A stretch of DNA of 64,000 bases from Patescibacteria group bacterium (GCA_035506195.1 DATJPV010000030.1:22662-86661), one strand, 5' to 3'; shown: positions 17,923-28,658, counted from the first letter of the stretch. Made by a program: numbers and translations. The notes: a model not told the origin generated them from the letters alone.

Positions 17923-18482
17923 TGTGTAAGAAAATTGCCGAGCAGCTCTTTTCCGGCGCGCGTTAAGATAGATTCGGGATGGAACTGTACGCCCCAGACC
18001 CGGTATTTTTTATGCCGCAGCCCCATAATCTCGTCTTCTTTGGTCCAGGCGGTTATCTGAAGACAATCCGGCAGGCTCTTTTTTTCCACCAGCAATGAGT
18101 GGTAACGCGTAGCCTCGAACGGATTCGGCAGCCCTTTAAAAAGCTCTTTACCGTTGTGATATATCAACGAGGTCTTTCCGTGCATGAGGCGCCGGGCGCC
18201 GACGACGCACCCTCCATAGACATAGCCGATGCACTGATGCCCGAGGCAGACCCCCAAGAGGGGGATCTTCCCGCCGAATTCCCTGATCACGTCGCAGGAA
18301 ATACCGGCATCCTGCGGGCCTCCGGGCCCGGGGGAAATGACGATCCTGGAAGGCTTTAGTTTTTTAATCGCCTCTAGGGTGATCTTGTCGTTCCTGAATA
18401 CCCGGATGCGCTGGCCCAGCTCTCCGAAATACTGCACCAGGTTATAGGTAAAAGAGTCATAGTTGTCGATCATGATGATCAT
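17919..18482 (-). CDS. trpG: Anthranilate synthase component II / aminodeoxychorismate synthase glutamine amidotransferase
   Basis: Class I glutamine amidotransferase ([10 protein letters not shown], catalytic Cys; HPES). 187 aa. Overlaps the murA 3' end by 4 nt. Confidence 0.85.
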   Translation of the reverse strand: MIIMIDNYDSFTYNLVQYFGELGQRIRVFRNDKITLEAIKKLKPSRIVISPGPGGPQDAGISCDVIREFGGKIPLLGVCLGHQCIGYVYGGCVVGARRLMHGKTSLIYHNGKELFKGLPNPFEATRYHSLLVEKKSLPDCLQITAWTKEDEIMGLRHKKYRVWGVQFHPESILTRAGKELLGNFLTQ

Positions 18483-19741
18483 TCTTTTTCTCTCCAGATG
18501 CGCGCACCCAGCATTTCCAGTTTCTCTTCGATGTTTTCATAACCGCGTTCCAGATGATAGATCCTGGATATGGCGGTTTTGCCTTTGGCGACCAGGCCGG
18601 CCAGCACAAGCGAAGCCGAAGCGCGCAGGTCGGAAGCCATCACCGGAGCGCCCGAGAGACACTTGACGCCCTCGACAATGGCATGGGGACCTTCCCGCTG
18701 GATATGCGCGCCCATACGGTTAAGCTCGGCCACGTGCATAAATCTGTCCGGATAAATTTTTTCGGTAATAACGCTGATGCCCGGGGTAACGGTCATCAGG
18801 CTCATCACCTGCGCCTGCATATCGGTAGGAAATCCCGGGTACGGCAAGGTTGTCACGTTGATGGGGGTCAACTGCCGCCTGACCTTTACCCGCAGCGCGC
18901 CGTCGGTCCGGTCGATCACGGCCCCGGCCTCCTGAAGCTTATCGATCACTGCACCGATATGGTGAGGCAGCACGTTTTTCACGGTAATATCCCCCCTGGT
19001 AATCAGGGCAGCGACAAGAAAGGTGCCGGCTTCGATCCTGTCGGGGATGATCCGGTGATCGGCCCCGTGTAGGGCCTTAACTCCTTCTATCTCGATGACG
19101 GGAGTGCCGTGGCCCTTAATCTTGGCGCCCATCTTATTCAGGAACTCCGCCAGGTCAGCCACCTCCGGCTCGCAGGCCGCTGCTTCGATGACGGTCTTAC
19201 CCCTGGCCATTACCGCCGACATCATGACGTTATCCGTCGCCAGGACCGAAGACCCATAGACCCCGCCTAAATACATATGGCTGCCTTTCAGGCGCTTCGC
19301 CTGAGCAATCACATATCCGGATTCGATGTTGACCTCCGCGCCCAGGGCTTTGATCCCCTTAAGGTGCAAGTCCACCGGCCGCACGCCGATAATGCAGCCG
19401 CCGGGCAGAGAAACCTTGGCCTTTTTAAACCGGCCTAAAAGCGGCCCCAATACGCAGAAAGACGCCCGCATCGTAGAAACAAGTTTATAATCGGCTACGC
19501 AGCTAACCGCACCCGCAGAGACCACCTTCACCAACCCCTTGTCAAACTCCGCGGCCTTGCCCAGCTGGCGCAGGATCTTGAGCATGGTATTGACATCCCG
19601 CAGGTTCGGCACTCCCCTGATAGTACACGGTTCATCCGTCAGCAGCGTTGCCGCCAAAATAGGCAGGACTGCATTCTTTGCCCCTGAAATGACCACCTCG
19701 CCCTTAAGCCGGGCATTACCTTCTACGACAAGTTTATCCAT
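18479..19741 (-). CDS. murA: UDP-N-acetylglucosamine 1-carboxyvinyltransferase
   Basis: [34 protein letters not shown] is a MurA rather than AroA N-terminus. 420 aa. Confidence 0.9.
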   Translation of the reverse strand: MDKLVVEGNARLKGEVVISGAKNAVLPILAATLLTDEPCTIRGVPNLRDVNTMLKILRQLGKAAEFDKGLVKVVSAGAVSCVADYKLVSTMRASFCVLGPLLGRFKKAKVSLPGGCIIGVRPVDLHLKGIKALGAEVNIESGYVIAQAKRLKGSHMYLGGVYGSSVLATDNVMMSAVMARGKTVIEAAACEPEVADLAEFLNKMGAKIKGHGTPVIEIEGVKALHGADHRIIPDRIEAGTFLVAALITRGDITVKNVLPHHIGAVIDKLQEAGAVIDRTDGALRVKVRRQLTPINVTTLPYPGFPTDMQAQVMSLMTVTPGISVITEKIYPDRFMHVAELNRMGAHIQREGPHAIVEGVKCLSGAPVMASDLRASASLVLAGLVAKGKTAISRIYHLERGYENIEEKLEMLGARIWREKE

Positions 19742-20537
19742 GGTTTTTATTTCTCTTCGTTATGATGATCCTGTCAATTCCGTTGTAATCTTTAACGATA
19801 TCTATTATCTCAAATTTCCCCGATTTTAGAAAAATTTTTTTAATTGGGCATGCCTGGCCAAGACCCATCTCCATTGCCAGCAGTCCCCCGGCCTTCAGGT
19901 ATCGCCAAGACTCCGCGCTAAGCCTGCGATAATAATCAAGGCCGTCTTTGCCGCCATCTAAGCTGATCCGCGGCTGTACCCTGGCTTCCGGCTCAAGCCC
20001 TCCGATATCCTCCGACCGGATATAAGGAGGATTACTGACGATAAGGTCAAAACTTTCTTCCCCGAGCCCGCAGACAGCGTACATATCGCCCTGCCGAAAA
20101 TCGATCGACACGTTATGAAGCCTGGCATTCTCTTCGGCTACCGCAAGCGCCTGCGCCGATACGTCCGCGGCCAAGATGTATGCGCCCGGCAAAAGCTCAG
20201 CCAGCGACACCGCAATACAGCCGGAACCCGTACCCATGTCCATGATACGCACGGGCCTGGCGCTAACGTCAAGCCCTTTGACCAGCCCCGCCGCCGTCTC
20301 AACCAATATCTCGGTTTCCGGGCGAGGCACCAGGACGTTCTCGGTCACTTTGAATTCCAGCCCCATGAATTCGCTTTTGCCCAGAATATACTGCAGCGGC
20401 TGGCCGCTCAGGCGCCTTTTAAGGATGCCCGCAAGCACCCCTGCCCTTTGCGCATCCAGGCGCCTGTGTTTGTGCATATACAAAGAAAGCCTGTCGCACT
20501 GCAATAGCTCGGTCAATACCAATTCCGCTTCGTTCAT
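19734..20537 (-). CDS. prmC: Release factor glutamine N5-methyltransferase PrmC/HemK
   Basis: NPPY motif (IVSNPPYIRSEDI) and SAM-binding DMGTGSGCIA. 267 aa, immediately downstream of prfA. Confidence 0.88.
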   Translation of the reverse strand: MNEAELVLTELLQCDRLSLYMHKHRRLDAQRAGVLAGILKRRLSGQPLQYILGKSEFMGLEFKVTENVLVPRPETEILVETAAGLVKGLDVSARPVRIMDMGTGSGCIAVSLAELLPGAYILAADVSAQALAVAEENARLHNVSIDFRQGDMYAVCGLGEESFDLIVSNPPYIRSEDIGGLEPEARVQPRISLDGGKDGLDYYRRLSAESWRYLKAGGLLAMEMGLGQACPIKKIFLKSGKFEIIDIVKDYNGIDRIIITKRNKNHG

Positions 20538-20543
20538 ATGCTG

Positions 20544-21620
20544 TTATGCCTTGTCCTCATCTACGCTACGGGCCTTTTCTTCCGATGCCTTGATCAACGC
20601 ATCGGATAGCTCATCCATATTGCCTTCCAGCACCGACTCCAGTTGATGCACGGTAAAATTAATACGGTGATCGGTAATTCTGCGGTCGGGGAAATTATAG
20701 GTGCGTATTTTTTCGCTGCGGTCGCCTGAGCCGATCTGGGATTTTCTGGCCTCGGTGATCTTTTTTGCCTCCTCCTGTTTCTTTGTGTCCAGGAGCCTTG
20801 CCCGTAAGATCCTCATTGCCTTATTCTTATTCTTCAACTGAGAGCGCTCATCCTGGCAGGTCACTACGGTGCCTGTAGGCAGATGGGTGATCCGCACCGC
20901 AGAGTCGGTCTTTTGCACGTTCTGGCCTCCGGCGCCGGAAGACCGATAGGTATCGATCTTTAAGTCCTTGGCATCGATGGAAAAATCAACCTCTTGCGGC
21001 TCCATTAATACCGCCACCGTTGCCGTGGAGGTATGGATGCGCCCCTGCGCTTCGGTTGCCGGGACCCGCTGGACGCGGTGCACCCCGCTTTCAAACTTCA
21101 GGCGTTTATAGGCTTCTTTCCCGCGAACGCTGAAAACTATTTCTTTAAAGCCGCCCAGGTCGGTATCGTGCGCAGACATGGATTCGACAGCCCAGTTCTT
21201 TTTCGCGGCGTACTTCACATACATCCGGTATAGATCGGCGGCAAACAATCCCGCCTCAAGGCCCCCGGTCCCCGGACGGATCTCGACAATCACATCCTTG
21301 TTCAGGTCCTTGTCTTCCCCTTTAAGGAGCCTGGCCAACCGCTCTTCTATGCCCGCCCTCTTAGACTCCAGGTCCTGGAGCTCTTTTTTGGCTAATTCCA
21401 TGAACTCCCGGTCATGTTTTTCCTTAAGTACCTGTGTTAGGTCGTGAAGCTCTTTAGAGACCCTTTTATGCTCGCGGTAAAGAGACACTACATCCGTAAT
21501 GCCGGCGAGCTCTTTGGCGTACTGATTATACTGTTCTTTGCTGGAGACGATCTCGGGAGAAGCCAGAAAATGCTCCAGCTCGGAATAGCGTTTTTCCAGT
21601 TTTTGCAGTTGCTCAAACAT
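20544..21620 (-). CDS. prfA: Peptide chain release factor 1
   Basis: GGQ motif (SSGAGGQNVQKTDSAVRITHLPTG) and PxT-region features of RF1. 358 aa. Confidence 0.92.
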   Translation of the reverse strand: MFEQLQKLEKRYSELEHFLASPEIVSSKEQYNQYAKELAGITDVVSLYREHKRVSKELHDLTQVLKEKHDREFMELAKKELQDLESKRAGIEERLARLLKGEDKDLNKDVIVEIRPGTGGLEAGLFAADLYRMYVKYAAKKNWAVESMSAHDTDLGGFKEIVFSVRGKEAYKRLKFESGVHRVQRVPATEAQGRIHTSTATVAVLMEPQEVDFSIDAKDLKIDTYRSSGAGGQNVQKTDSAVRITHLPTGTVVTCQDERSQLKNKNKAMRILRARLLDTKKQEEAKKITEARKSQIGSGDRSEKIRTYNFPDRRITDHRINFTVHQLESVLEGNMDELSDALIKASEEKARSVDEDKA

Positions 21621-21626
21621 GTCGGG

Positions 21627-21827
21627 TTATTTCTTCGCGTATTTCTTCATGAACTTATCCACCCGGCCGGCGGAATCTACGAATTTTTGTTTACCGGTAA
21701 AAAACGGATGGCACCTGGAACAGACTTCAACGCGGATGTTCGGTTTAGTCGAACGGGTGTGTATGGTATTACCGCAGGCGCAGACTATCACGCACTCCTG
21801 GTATTTTGGATGGATCTTGTCTTTCAT
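21627..21827 (-). CDS. rpmE: 50S ribosomal protein L31
   Basis: [26 protein letters not shown]...[12 protein letters not shown], zinc-ribbon type L31. 66 aa. Confidence 0.9.
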   Translation of the reverse strand: MKDKIHPKYQECVIVCACGNTIHTRSTKPNIRVEVCSRCHPFFTGKQKFVDSAGRVDKFMKKYAKK

Positions 21828-21854
21828 TTCTTCCTCTCCTGTTATGACGTTAGT

Positions 21855-23111
21855 TTACTGGTTCATGCTCTTGAGAAACTCTTCGTTATTCTTGGTCTTG
21901 GATAACTTTTCGATCAGAAGCTCCATGGCCTCGACGTTGCTCAATTCATTGAGCACCTTCCTGAGGATCCAGGCCCTTTGCAATATTTCCTGCTTCAAGA
22001 GCAGCTCTTCGTGCCTGGTATTGGAACGCTTGATGTCGATCGCCGGATATATCCTTCTCTGGAACAGGTTGCGGTCCAGCTGCAATTCCATGTTACCGGT
22101 GCCCTTGAATTCTTCAAAGATGACTTCATCCATGCGGCTGCCGGTATCAACCAGGGCAGTCGCAATGATGGTAAGGCTCCCGCCTTCTTCGATGGCCCGG
22201 GCTGCGCCGAAAAAGCGCTTGGGTTTCTGCAGGGCATTGGAGTCTATGCCGCCGGAAAGCACCTTGCCGCTATGAGGCACTACCGAGTTGTAGGCGCGGG
22301 CCAGGCGCGTGATGCTGTCTAAAAGAACAACGACGTCCTTCTTGTGCTCAACCAGCCTCTTGGCTTTTTCCAGGACGATCTCGGCGATCTGGACGTGCCT
22401 CTCCGGAGGCTCATCAAAGGTCGAAGAAATAACCTCCCCTTTGACGTGCCGTTGCATATCCGTGACCTCTTCCGGGCGCTCGTCAATAAGCAGGACGATC
22501 AAAATGACATCCGGATGGTTGGCCATGATGGCATTGGCGATCTTCTGCAGAAGCACGGTTTTACCGCTATAGGGCTGGGCAACGATCAAACCGCGCTGCC
22601 CCTTGCCTATCGGCGCCAAGAGGTCCATGATGCGCATCGAAACATCCCCCTGGTCGTATTCCAGGACGAAGTGCTCCCGGGGATAGACGGGCGTGAGGTT
22701 ATCAAACAGCACCTTTTCTTTCGCCTGCTCCGGGTTCTCGAAGTTTACCGCCTCTACCTTCAGCAACGCGAAATATTTTTCGCCTTCTTTGGGAGGCCGG
22801 ATCTCTCCGGAGACCGTATCGCCGGTACGCAGGTCAAACTTCCTTATCTGCGACGGCGAGATGTAAATGTCGTCGGGGCAAGGCAGGTAATTATAATTCG
22901 GGGACCGCAAGAACCCGAATCCTTCCGGCAGTATCTCCAGGATCCCCTCCCCGAACATCAGGCCCTCCTTCTCCGCCTGCGCCTGCAGTATCTTAAAAAT
23001 GAGGTCCTGCTTCTTCAGGGCGCTGAAGCCGTTGACGGTCAACTCCTTGGCCAGCTTGTTTAACTCGGTGATCTTCATTTCCTTTAGATTTCTTATATCG
23101 AGCTTTTCCAC
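21855..23111 (-). CDS. rho: Transcription termination factor Rho
   Basis: N-terminal Rho_N and cold-shock-like RNA-binding domain, then RecA-type ATPase ([16 protein letters not shown]). 418 aa. Confidence 0.92.
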   Translation of the reverse strand: MEKLDIRNLKEMKITELNKLAKELTVNGFSALKKQDLIFKILQAQAEKEGLMFGEGILEILPEGFGFLRSPNYNYLPCPDDIYISPSQIRKFDLRTGDTVSGEIRPPKEGEKYFALLKVEAVNFENPEQAKEKVLFDNLTPVYPREHFVLEYDQGDVSMRIMDLLAPIGKGQRGLIVAQPYSGKTVLLQKIANAIMANHPDVILIVLLIDERPEEVTDMQRHVKGEVISSTFDEPPERHVQIAEIVLEKAKRLVEHKKDVVVLLDSITRLARAYNSVVPHSGKVLSGGIDSNALQKPKRFFGAARAIEEGGSLTIIATALVDTGSRMDEVIFEEFKGTGNMELQLDRNLFQRRIYPAIDIKRSNTRHEELLLKQEILQRAWILRKVLNELSNVEAMELLIEKLSKTKNNEEFLKSMNQ

Positions 23112-23713
23112 AACTTCCTCCTTATTGCATATACCTGTTTCTTCGTTTGATTGATACTGCCGTTGTTATCTATTACAAAATCCGCCATACGGACTTTATT
23201 GGCCAGGGGCATCTGGGCCCTTATGCGCCTGAGGATATCCGCCCTGCTCAGGCCAGTCTTTTTCGTAAGCCTGGCCACCTGGAGCTTGCGGCTGGCGCAG
23301 ACAACTACCACGGCGTCAACAAGGCTTGCGGCGCCGGCTTCAATGAGCAAAGGCACATCAAGAACAATCTCCCTGCGCCGGGATTCCTTTATTTCTTTTC
23401 TGATCCTGCGGATCACTTCAGGATGAATAATGCCGTTAAGCCGGCGCAACAGGGCTTTGTTGCCGAAAACGATCCCGGCTAATGCGCCACGGTCGATCTG
23501 GCGATCCTTTTGCAGGAGGCGCGCGCCGAAGACACGCAGTACCCGGGCATACGTCGGAGTGCCGGGCCTAAGCAGGCCATGCGCGATCCTATCGGCATCG
23601 ATGACCCGGGCCCCTGCAGCACGGAATACCCCGGCAACGGTGGTCTTACCGCTGCCGAAACTGCCCGTAATCCCGATCACTAACTTTCTTTTCTTGCCTG
23701 CCCTTGCGCTCAT
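23093..23713 (-). CDS. coaE: Dephospho-CoA kinase
   Basis: P-loop [12 protein letters not shown]. Start placed at the internal Met ([17 protein letters not shown]) abutting the glgA stop; the track ORF extends to 23812. Confidence 0.85.
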   Translation of the reverse strand: MSARAGKKRKLVIGITGSFGSGKTTVAGVFRAAGARVIDADRIAHGLLRPGTPTYARVLRVFGARLLQKDRQIDRGALAGIVFGNKALLRRLNGIIHPEVIRRIRKEIKESRRREIVLDVPLLIEAGAASLVDAVVVVCASRKLQVARLTKKTGLSRADILRRIRAQMPLANKVRMADFVIDNNGSINQTKKQVYAIRRKLWKSSI

Positions 23714-23714
23714 G

Positions 23715-25106
23715 CTACTGCAAAGAACCCGCTTTCTTATAAAGATCGATATACTGCGCCCCTGATTCCTTCCAGGAAAAGTTACACTGCATGGCTTTCT
23801 GCTGCAGCGCAAGCCACCTTTTCTTATCCTTGAACCCCGCGATTGCCTTCTTAATAGTGCTCATGAGCTCATCTCTGGTGTAACGGTCGAATACGTAACC
23901 GTTATCCGCGGTTACCGTATCGGCCAAGCCGCCGGTCTTAAACACCAGCGGCAGCGTCGCGTAACGCAGGCTGATCATCTGCCCCAGGCCGCATGGCTCG
24001 TATTTGGAAGGCATGAGGAATACGTCCGAGCCGGCGTAGATCTTATGCGCCAGCGTGTCGTCGAATTTCAGGTGTAACGAGAGCTTCCGGGGGTATTTTT
24101 TGGCAAGGCCTTCTAGGAGCGTGTGGTATTTGAGGTCACCGGTGCCCAGGATCACCAGCTGCACGTCCATCCTGCACAAAGACGGCATGGCCTCGGCAAG
24201 GATATCGAACCCCTTTTGCTCGGCAAGCCGCGATACGATGCCCAGCAGCGGGACCTCTCTTTCCAGGGGAAGCTTACAGAGCTTCTGAAGGTCCTCCTTG
24301 TTGCCGGCCTTGTTGGCAACGGTGCGCAGCGAAAAGTTCTTGGCGATACAGGCGTCGGTCTCCGGATTCCAAATGGAATAATCCAGGCCGTTTAATATAC
24401 CGAATAACGCGTCCCGGCGCTTGATCAACGCCCCCTCCAGCCCAAAACCGAATTCCTTGGTCTGGATCTCCTGGCTATAGGTGCGGCTGACGGTATTGAT
24501 GACATCAGAAAACACGATCCCGCCCTTCAACAGGTTTACCCTCCCGAAGAATTCCAGCATTTCCATATTGAAGATACTCCAGTCGAGCCCCAACTTGGCA
24601 AATTCATCCTTCGCAAACAAGCCTTGATAACCGATGTTATGGATAGTCAGGACGGTCTTGATATCCTTGTAAAAACCCTTGCCGGCATAGAGCGCCTTCA
24701 GGTATATCGGGATCAACGATGCCTGCCAATCGTGCACATGTATGATATCGGGTTTAAAATTGATGTCTTTAAGCAGGCCCAGGGTCTTGCGACAATAAAA
24801 GGAGAAACGGTCAAGGTTATCCGGGTAATCCCCGGTTTTATCCCCGTATAAGTTATCCCGGTTAAAATATTTTTCATTCTCGATAAAATAGACCTTTACG
24901 CCTTTGCCGATTACCGCGCAAGAAACGCCTTCTTGCAACCGCGTAATTTTCGTTTTCGCGTTCTGTACCGACTTATAACCGGGCATCACTACGATCACTT
25001 CCTGGCCCAACTCTGCCAGGGCCAGCGGTAAAGCGCCGGTCACGTCTGCCAAGCCGCCGGTCTTCGCAAAAGGCACCACCTCCGAAGCGCACATCGCTAT
25101 TCTCAT
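23715..25106 (-). CDS. glgA: Glycogen (starch) synthase, GT5 family
   Basis: MRIAMCASEVVPFAKTGGLADV (KxGGL motif), GT-B fold. 463 aa. AAGGAGG SD. Confidence 0.9.
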   Translation of the reverse strand: MRIAMCASEVVPFAKTGGLADVTGALPLALAELGQEVIVVMPGYKSVQNAKTKITRLQEGVSCAVIGKGVKVYFIENEKYFNRDNLYGDKTGDYPDNLDRFSFYCRKTLGLLKDINFKPDIIHVHDWQASLIPIYLKALYAGKGFYKDIKTVLTIHNIGYQGLFAKDEFAKLGLDWSIFNMEMLEFFGRVNLLKGGIVFSDVINTVSRTYSQEIQTKEFGFGLEGALIKRRDALFGILNGLDYSIWNPETDACIAKNFSLRTVANKAGNKEDLQKLCKLPLEREVPLLGIVSRLAEQKGFDILAEAMPSLCRMDVQLVILGTGDLKYHTLLEGLAKKYPRKLSLHLKFDDTLAHKIYAGSDVFLMPSKYEPCGLGQMISLRYATLPLVFKTGGLADTVTADNGYVFDRYTRDELMSTIKKAIAGFKDKKRWLALQQKAMQCNFSWKESGAQYIDLYKKAGSLQ

Positions 25107-25145
25107 CTGCCCTCCTTGAGCACCTTAAGTTTTGGTTTAGCGAAA

Positions 25146-25221
25146 CTCCGACGAGCGTCCTGAAATTGCCCGTCCCCGTAAGGGGACCGTAGGGAATTTC
25201 AGGACAGGTTGCGAGTCGGAG
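25146..25221 (-). terminator. 76-nt near-perfect extended hairpin at the polA 3' end, overlapping the polA stop codon. Putative terminator or RNA-stability/processing element
   Basis: Plus strand reads ctccgac-gagc-gtcctgaaatt-gccc-gtcccc-GTAA-ggggac-cgta-ggg-aatttcaggac-aggttgcga-gtcggag. Arms of 7+11+3+6 bp with a GNRA (GTAA) loop on the plus strand and UUAC on the transcribed minus strand. No strong U-tract follows. About 25 nt upstream of the glgA SD. Confidence 0.4.
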
Positions 25222-27763
25222 ATACTTCCGCCATCTCCAGCCAATTCTTGCCTTTTTTTATGCTCACCTTGATCGGCACGCGCAAGACCAATACGGTCTC
25301 CATGCCTTGACGGATCAATTCCGTGCATTCGTCTGCGCTGTCCGCAGCCACATCGAAAACCAGCTCATCGTGGATCTGTAGGATCATCCGGGCCGGTAGT
25401 CCCTTCTCTTTGATTTGCCGGTGCAGGCGGACCATCGCCATCTTTATCAGGTCGCTGGCAGAACCTTGTATGGGGGTATTAATGGCCTGGCGCTGCGCAA
25501 ACTGGCGTATTGCCTGATTCTTGTTGTTGATATCAGGCAGATATCTCCTCCTGCCGGATATGGTAGTTACAAAACCGTCTTTTTCCGCCCTGGCGACCTG
25601 GGTTTGCATATACTCTTTTACCCCCGGATAGCGCAAGAAATAGGCGTCGATGAATTCACCGGCCTGCTCCACCGGTATCCCCAGGTCACGGGAAAGGCCA
25701 AAAGGCGTAAGGCCGTAACTGATCCCGAAATTTACCCGCTTGGCGACTTCGCGCATAGCGTCGGTAACGGCTTTTTCTTCTACCCCATAGATCAGGGCCG
25801 CGGTGGCCTTATGGATGTCCTTATCTGCCTCAAACGCCGCGATAAGCGCGGGGTCTTCGGAAAAATGCGCCAAGACCCTTAATTCAATCTGCGAATAGTC
25901 GCAGGCTAAAAGATAATCCTGGGGCCGGGATACGATAATAGCCTGCCGGATCTTCCTGCCGATATCGGTCTTGACGGGTATGTTCTGCAGGTTCGGATTG
26001 GTAGAGCTAAGCCTGCCGGTCTCGGTCGCCGTCTGATTAAAACAGGTATGGACTCGACCGGTGCCGGGATCTACCAGGGCAGGCAATGCATCGATATAGG
26101 TATTTTTGAGCTTCATCAGCTGGCGGTATTCCAAAAGGAGTGCCGGTAAGGCATGCCTGCCGGCAAGGGCATGCAGCACCTCTTCATCGGTAGAGGGCCC
26201 GGTCTTGGTCCTTTTGATCACCGGCAGCTTCAGTTTTTCAAAGAGGACCTCGCGGAGCTGTTTGGGCGAATTGATATTGAACTCGCAGCCGCTGAGGCCG
26301 TAGATCTGCTGAATAAGCTGCCCCAGCCGCTCCTCTACCTCCGCCGAAAGGCGGGCAAGCAGTTTGGTATCCAGGCATATGCCATTAAGCTCCATTTCCG
26401 CCAATACCTCGACTAAGGGCATCTCGACATCGCCAAACAACTCCGTCAGCGACCTTTCGCGCAGCTGTTCCTCTAACTTTGGCTTCAGCTTCAGGATCAG
26501 CTCCAGGGCACGGCGGCTTTCTATGGCCGTGCCGGAAGCCACTTCTCCCAGGTGCTCCCAGGCGATATCGCCAAGGCCATAGCCCGGCCGGGAAGAATGT
26601 ACCAGGTAGTCGGCGATCATCACGTCAAAATCAAGGCCGGCCAGCATAATGTCTTTCCTGGCAAGCCGCACCTTGAGCTTTTTGAGATCGTGGCCGACTT
26701 TTTTTATCCGCGGGTCGGCTAATATACGCTGTGCCTGGGTGCCCAGGTTTTTCAGGGCAAAGAATGCATCGCCTGCATGAAAGGCAAGGTCCTGCGCATC
26801 CTGCCCGTATAAAACCATCTCCCTGGACGAAGAGCACATATCCGGTAGACCCTCATCGGCGACGCATGCAAGATGCGTTGACGCAGGGGCCCCCTCGACG
26901 GCCTCCATCGGCAGCTCCTTAAGCAGCTTCTTGAATTCAAATGTCTTGAATAACTTGAACAATGCCGCATAATCGGGCTCGGCCAGTTTTAGCGCGTCGG
27001 GGTCAAAATCCACCGCCGCATCCGCATCCAGCATCGTAAGTTCCTTGTTGAGCTTGACCCGGTCGCGGCACTCCTCCAAAGAAGCCCGCAGTTTATCCTG
27101 TTTGACCTGATCAAGGCCGGATAATAATTTTTCAAGCGACCCGAATTGTTTGATCAAACCGACTGCCGTTTTTTCGCCGATACCGGGCACCCCGGGGATA
27201 TTATCGACGGCATCGCCCATCAAAGCCAGGATGTCGGTAATCTGCTCGGGCCCCGTCCCGAAACGTTCCCGCACCTTTTGCGCATCATAGACCACCCCGT
27301 CATCCTTGTAGGGGCTGAAAACCACGGTCCGGGCGCCGACGAGTTGCAGCATATCTTTATCCGAACTGACAATGGTCACCTGAAACCCCTCCGAGCCGGC
27401 CTTCTTGTTCATCGCGGCGATGAGGTCATCCGCTTCATAACCGGCCTTCTCAAAAATGGGTATGCCGTAGGCGCTGACGACCTGCTTGATCAAAGGAATC
27501 TGCCCGGTGAGCCCCTCGGGCATAGGCGGACGGTTGATCTTGTATTCCGTAAACTTTTTTTGCCGGAAGGTCTGGCGGGACACGTCGAAACAGACCCCCA
27601 GATACTCCGGATGCTGCTCTTTCAGGAGCTTGTTGAGCATGACCGTAAAACCGTATATGGCGTTGGTGGGTTGGCCGGATGAAGTCGCCAGCCCCGGTAA
27701 CGCATAGAATGCCCTGTAACAAAACGCAGTGGCATCTATTAAATATAAGCGCTTCTCACTCAT
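25199..27763 (-). CDS. polA: DNA polymerase I
   Basis: 5'-3' exonuclease N-terminus (LYLIDATAFCYRAFYAL), and pol-domain motifs A (DYSQIELR), B (RRQAINTPIQGSASD) and C (QIHDELVFD). 854 aa. Confidence 0.92.
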   Translation of the reverse strand: MSEKRLYLIDATAFCYRAFYALPGLATSSGQPTNAIYGFTVMLNKLLKEQHPEYLGVCFDVSRQTFRQKKFTEYKINRPPMPEGLTGQIPLIKQVVSAYGIPIFEKAGYEADDLIAAMNKKAGSEGFQVTIVSSDKDMLQLVGARTVVFSPYKDDGVVYDAQKVRERFGTGPEQITDILALMGDAVDNIPGVPGIGEKTAVGLIKQFGSLEKLLSGLDQVKQDKLRASLEECRDRVKLNKELTMLDADAAVDFDPDALKLAEPDYAALFKLFKTFEFKKLLKELPMEAVEGAPASTHLACVADEGLPDMCSSSREMVLYGQDAQDLAFHAGDAFFALKNLGTQAQRILADPRIKKVGHDLKKLKVRLARKDIMLAGLDFDVMIADYLVHSSRPGYGLGDIAWEHLGEVASGTAIESRRALELILKLKPKLEEQLRERSLTELFGDVEMPLVEVLAEMELNGICLDTKLLARLSAEVEERLGQLIQQIYGLSGCEFNINSPKQLREVLFEKLKLPVIKRTKTGPSTDEEVLHALAGRHALPALLLEYRQLMKLKNTYIDALPALVDPGTGRVHTCFNQTATETGRLSSTNPNLQNIPVKTDIGRKIRQAIIVSRPQDYLLACDYSQIELRVLAHFSEDPALIAAFEADKDIHKATAALIYGVEEKAVTDAMREVAKRVNFGISYGLTPFGLSRDLGIPVEQAGEFIDAYFLRYPGVKEYMQTQVARAEKDGFVTTISGRRRYLPDINNKNQAIRQFAQRQAINTPIQGSASDLIKMAMVRLHRQIKEKGLPARMILQIHDELVFDVAADSADECTELIRQGMETVLVLRVPIKVSIKKGKNWLEMAEVSPTRNLS

Positions 27764-27806
27764 GCGTTGCTCTAATTAGACATGGGATTCAATGTGTGGA
27801 AGGGGA

Positions 27807-28619
27807 TTACTTCAACAGCAACATCGTCTGCAGTTTGTCTATAAAATCGGTAATGTTCTTATTCTCGGGGTCCAGCAAAGAGGCGTCGACCGCTTTCTTC
27901 AGGGCCTCTTCGTAGTTGCCCGCCTCGTACTCGACATGCGCCTGCCAGAACAAATCTTTAGCTCGCTGAAGAGTAGGATCTTTCTTGACGATCGCGGGTT
28001 TTGACCGGGTGACTTTTTCATACTCCGCCTCTTTAATGGCGGTTTTGCGGGCAGTGGTCTGGCTCATAAAATCAAGGACTTCCTGCTCATGCCTGTTCAA
28101 CCCGCTGTCTCCTAACACCATCCGGACGTCTTCGAAGCGCTGCTTGGCCTTAGCCGTCCATGGATCGGCAGGATCCCCCAATGCCGCCCTCTTGCCCCAA
28201 TAGAACGCCGCCATCACCAAATCGCGCTTGCCCTCGCACAACAAGGCCAGATTCGCGTAAGGGCTTGCGTACATCGGGTCGATCTGCGTGGCCCTCAAGT
28301 AGCACTGTTCGGCGCGGTCGGTCAGGCCCTTGGCTTCGTAGATCACTCCCAAGTCATTATAGGCAACGGCGTATACCGGATCGACCTCGAGGGCCTTCTG
28401 GTAAAAAACCATTGCTTCATCCAATTTACCGATACGCTGAAATTGCGCCCCTTGGGCGCGATATGTCCTGGCTTGTTGCTGCAAAGGAGTCAATTGTTCC
28501 CCTGAAGCCGCAACTGCAGGATTTTTTGCAGCGGTTTGTTGGGCAAAAACTCCACTCATAATTCCGAGAACAAAGAACGCGGTGCGGAATATATGTTTCA
28601 GGTGGGAGGTAATTACCAT
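27807..28619 (-). CDS. Secreted tetratricopeptide-repeat (TPR) protein
   Basis: N-terminal signal peptide (FFVLGIMSGVFAQQ). Multiple TPR units (YRAQGAQFQRIGKLDEAMVFYQKALEVDPVYAVAYNDLGVIYEAKG...). 270 aa. Confidence 0.75.
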   Translation of the reverse strand: MVITSHLKHIFRTAFFVLGIMSGVFAQQTAAKNPAVAASGEQLTPLQQQARTYRAQGAQFQRIGKLDEAMVFYQKALEVDPVYAVAYNDLGVIYEAKGLTDRAEQCYLRATQIDPMYASPYANLALLCEGKRDLVMAAFYWGKRAALGDPADPWTAKAKQRFEDVRMVLGDSGLNRHEQEVLDFMSQTTARKTAIKEAEYEKVTRSKPAIVKKDPTLQRAKDLFWQAHVEYEAGNYEEALKKAVDASLLDPENKNITDFIDKLQTMLLLK

Positions 28620-28630
28620 TTGTGTAATAT

Positions 28631-28658
28631 ATTATACTTCTTAAATTTACAACGTCAA
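28631..28658 (-). promoter_or_regulatory. Sigma70-like promoter for the TPR-protein gene
   Basis: Minus strand TTGACG-16nt-TATAAT immediately after the upstream terminator. The -10 lies about 12 nt from the ATG at 28619, implying a very short leader. Confidence 0.45.

Noticed and set aside
16987-18060. 357-aa plus-strand ORF
   Set aside because: Antisense to trpD and trpG. Same reasoning: GC-driven open frame with no recognisable motifs.
22344-23063. 239-aa plus-strand ORF
   Set aside because: Antisense to rho. Rejected as spurious.
25107-25221. Possible small RNA gene (SRP RNA / tRNA-like) in the polA-glgA spacer
   Set aside because: The hairpin has a GNRA loop on the plus strand but lacks the conserved SRP domain IV motifs (GGAA loop with AGCAGC-type internal loops). 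It also overlaps polA codons. No cloverleaf is possible. Kept only as a hairpin/terminator feature.
25137-25328. 63-aa minus-strand ORF
   Set aside because: Overlaps the polA 3' end and the hairpin in another frame. No RBS. Rejected.
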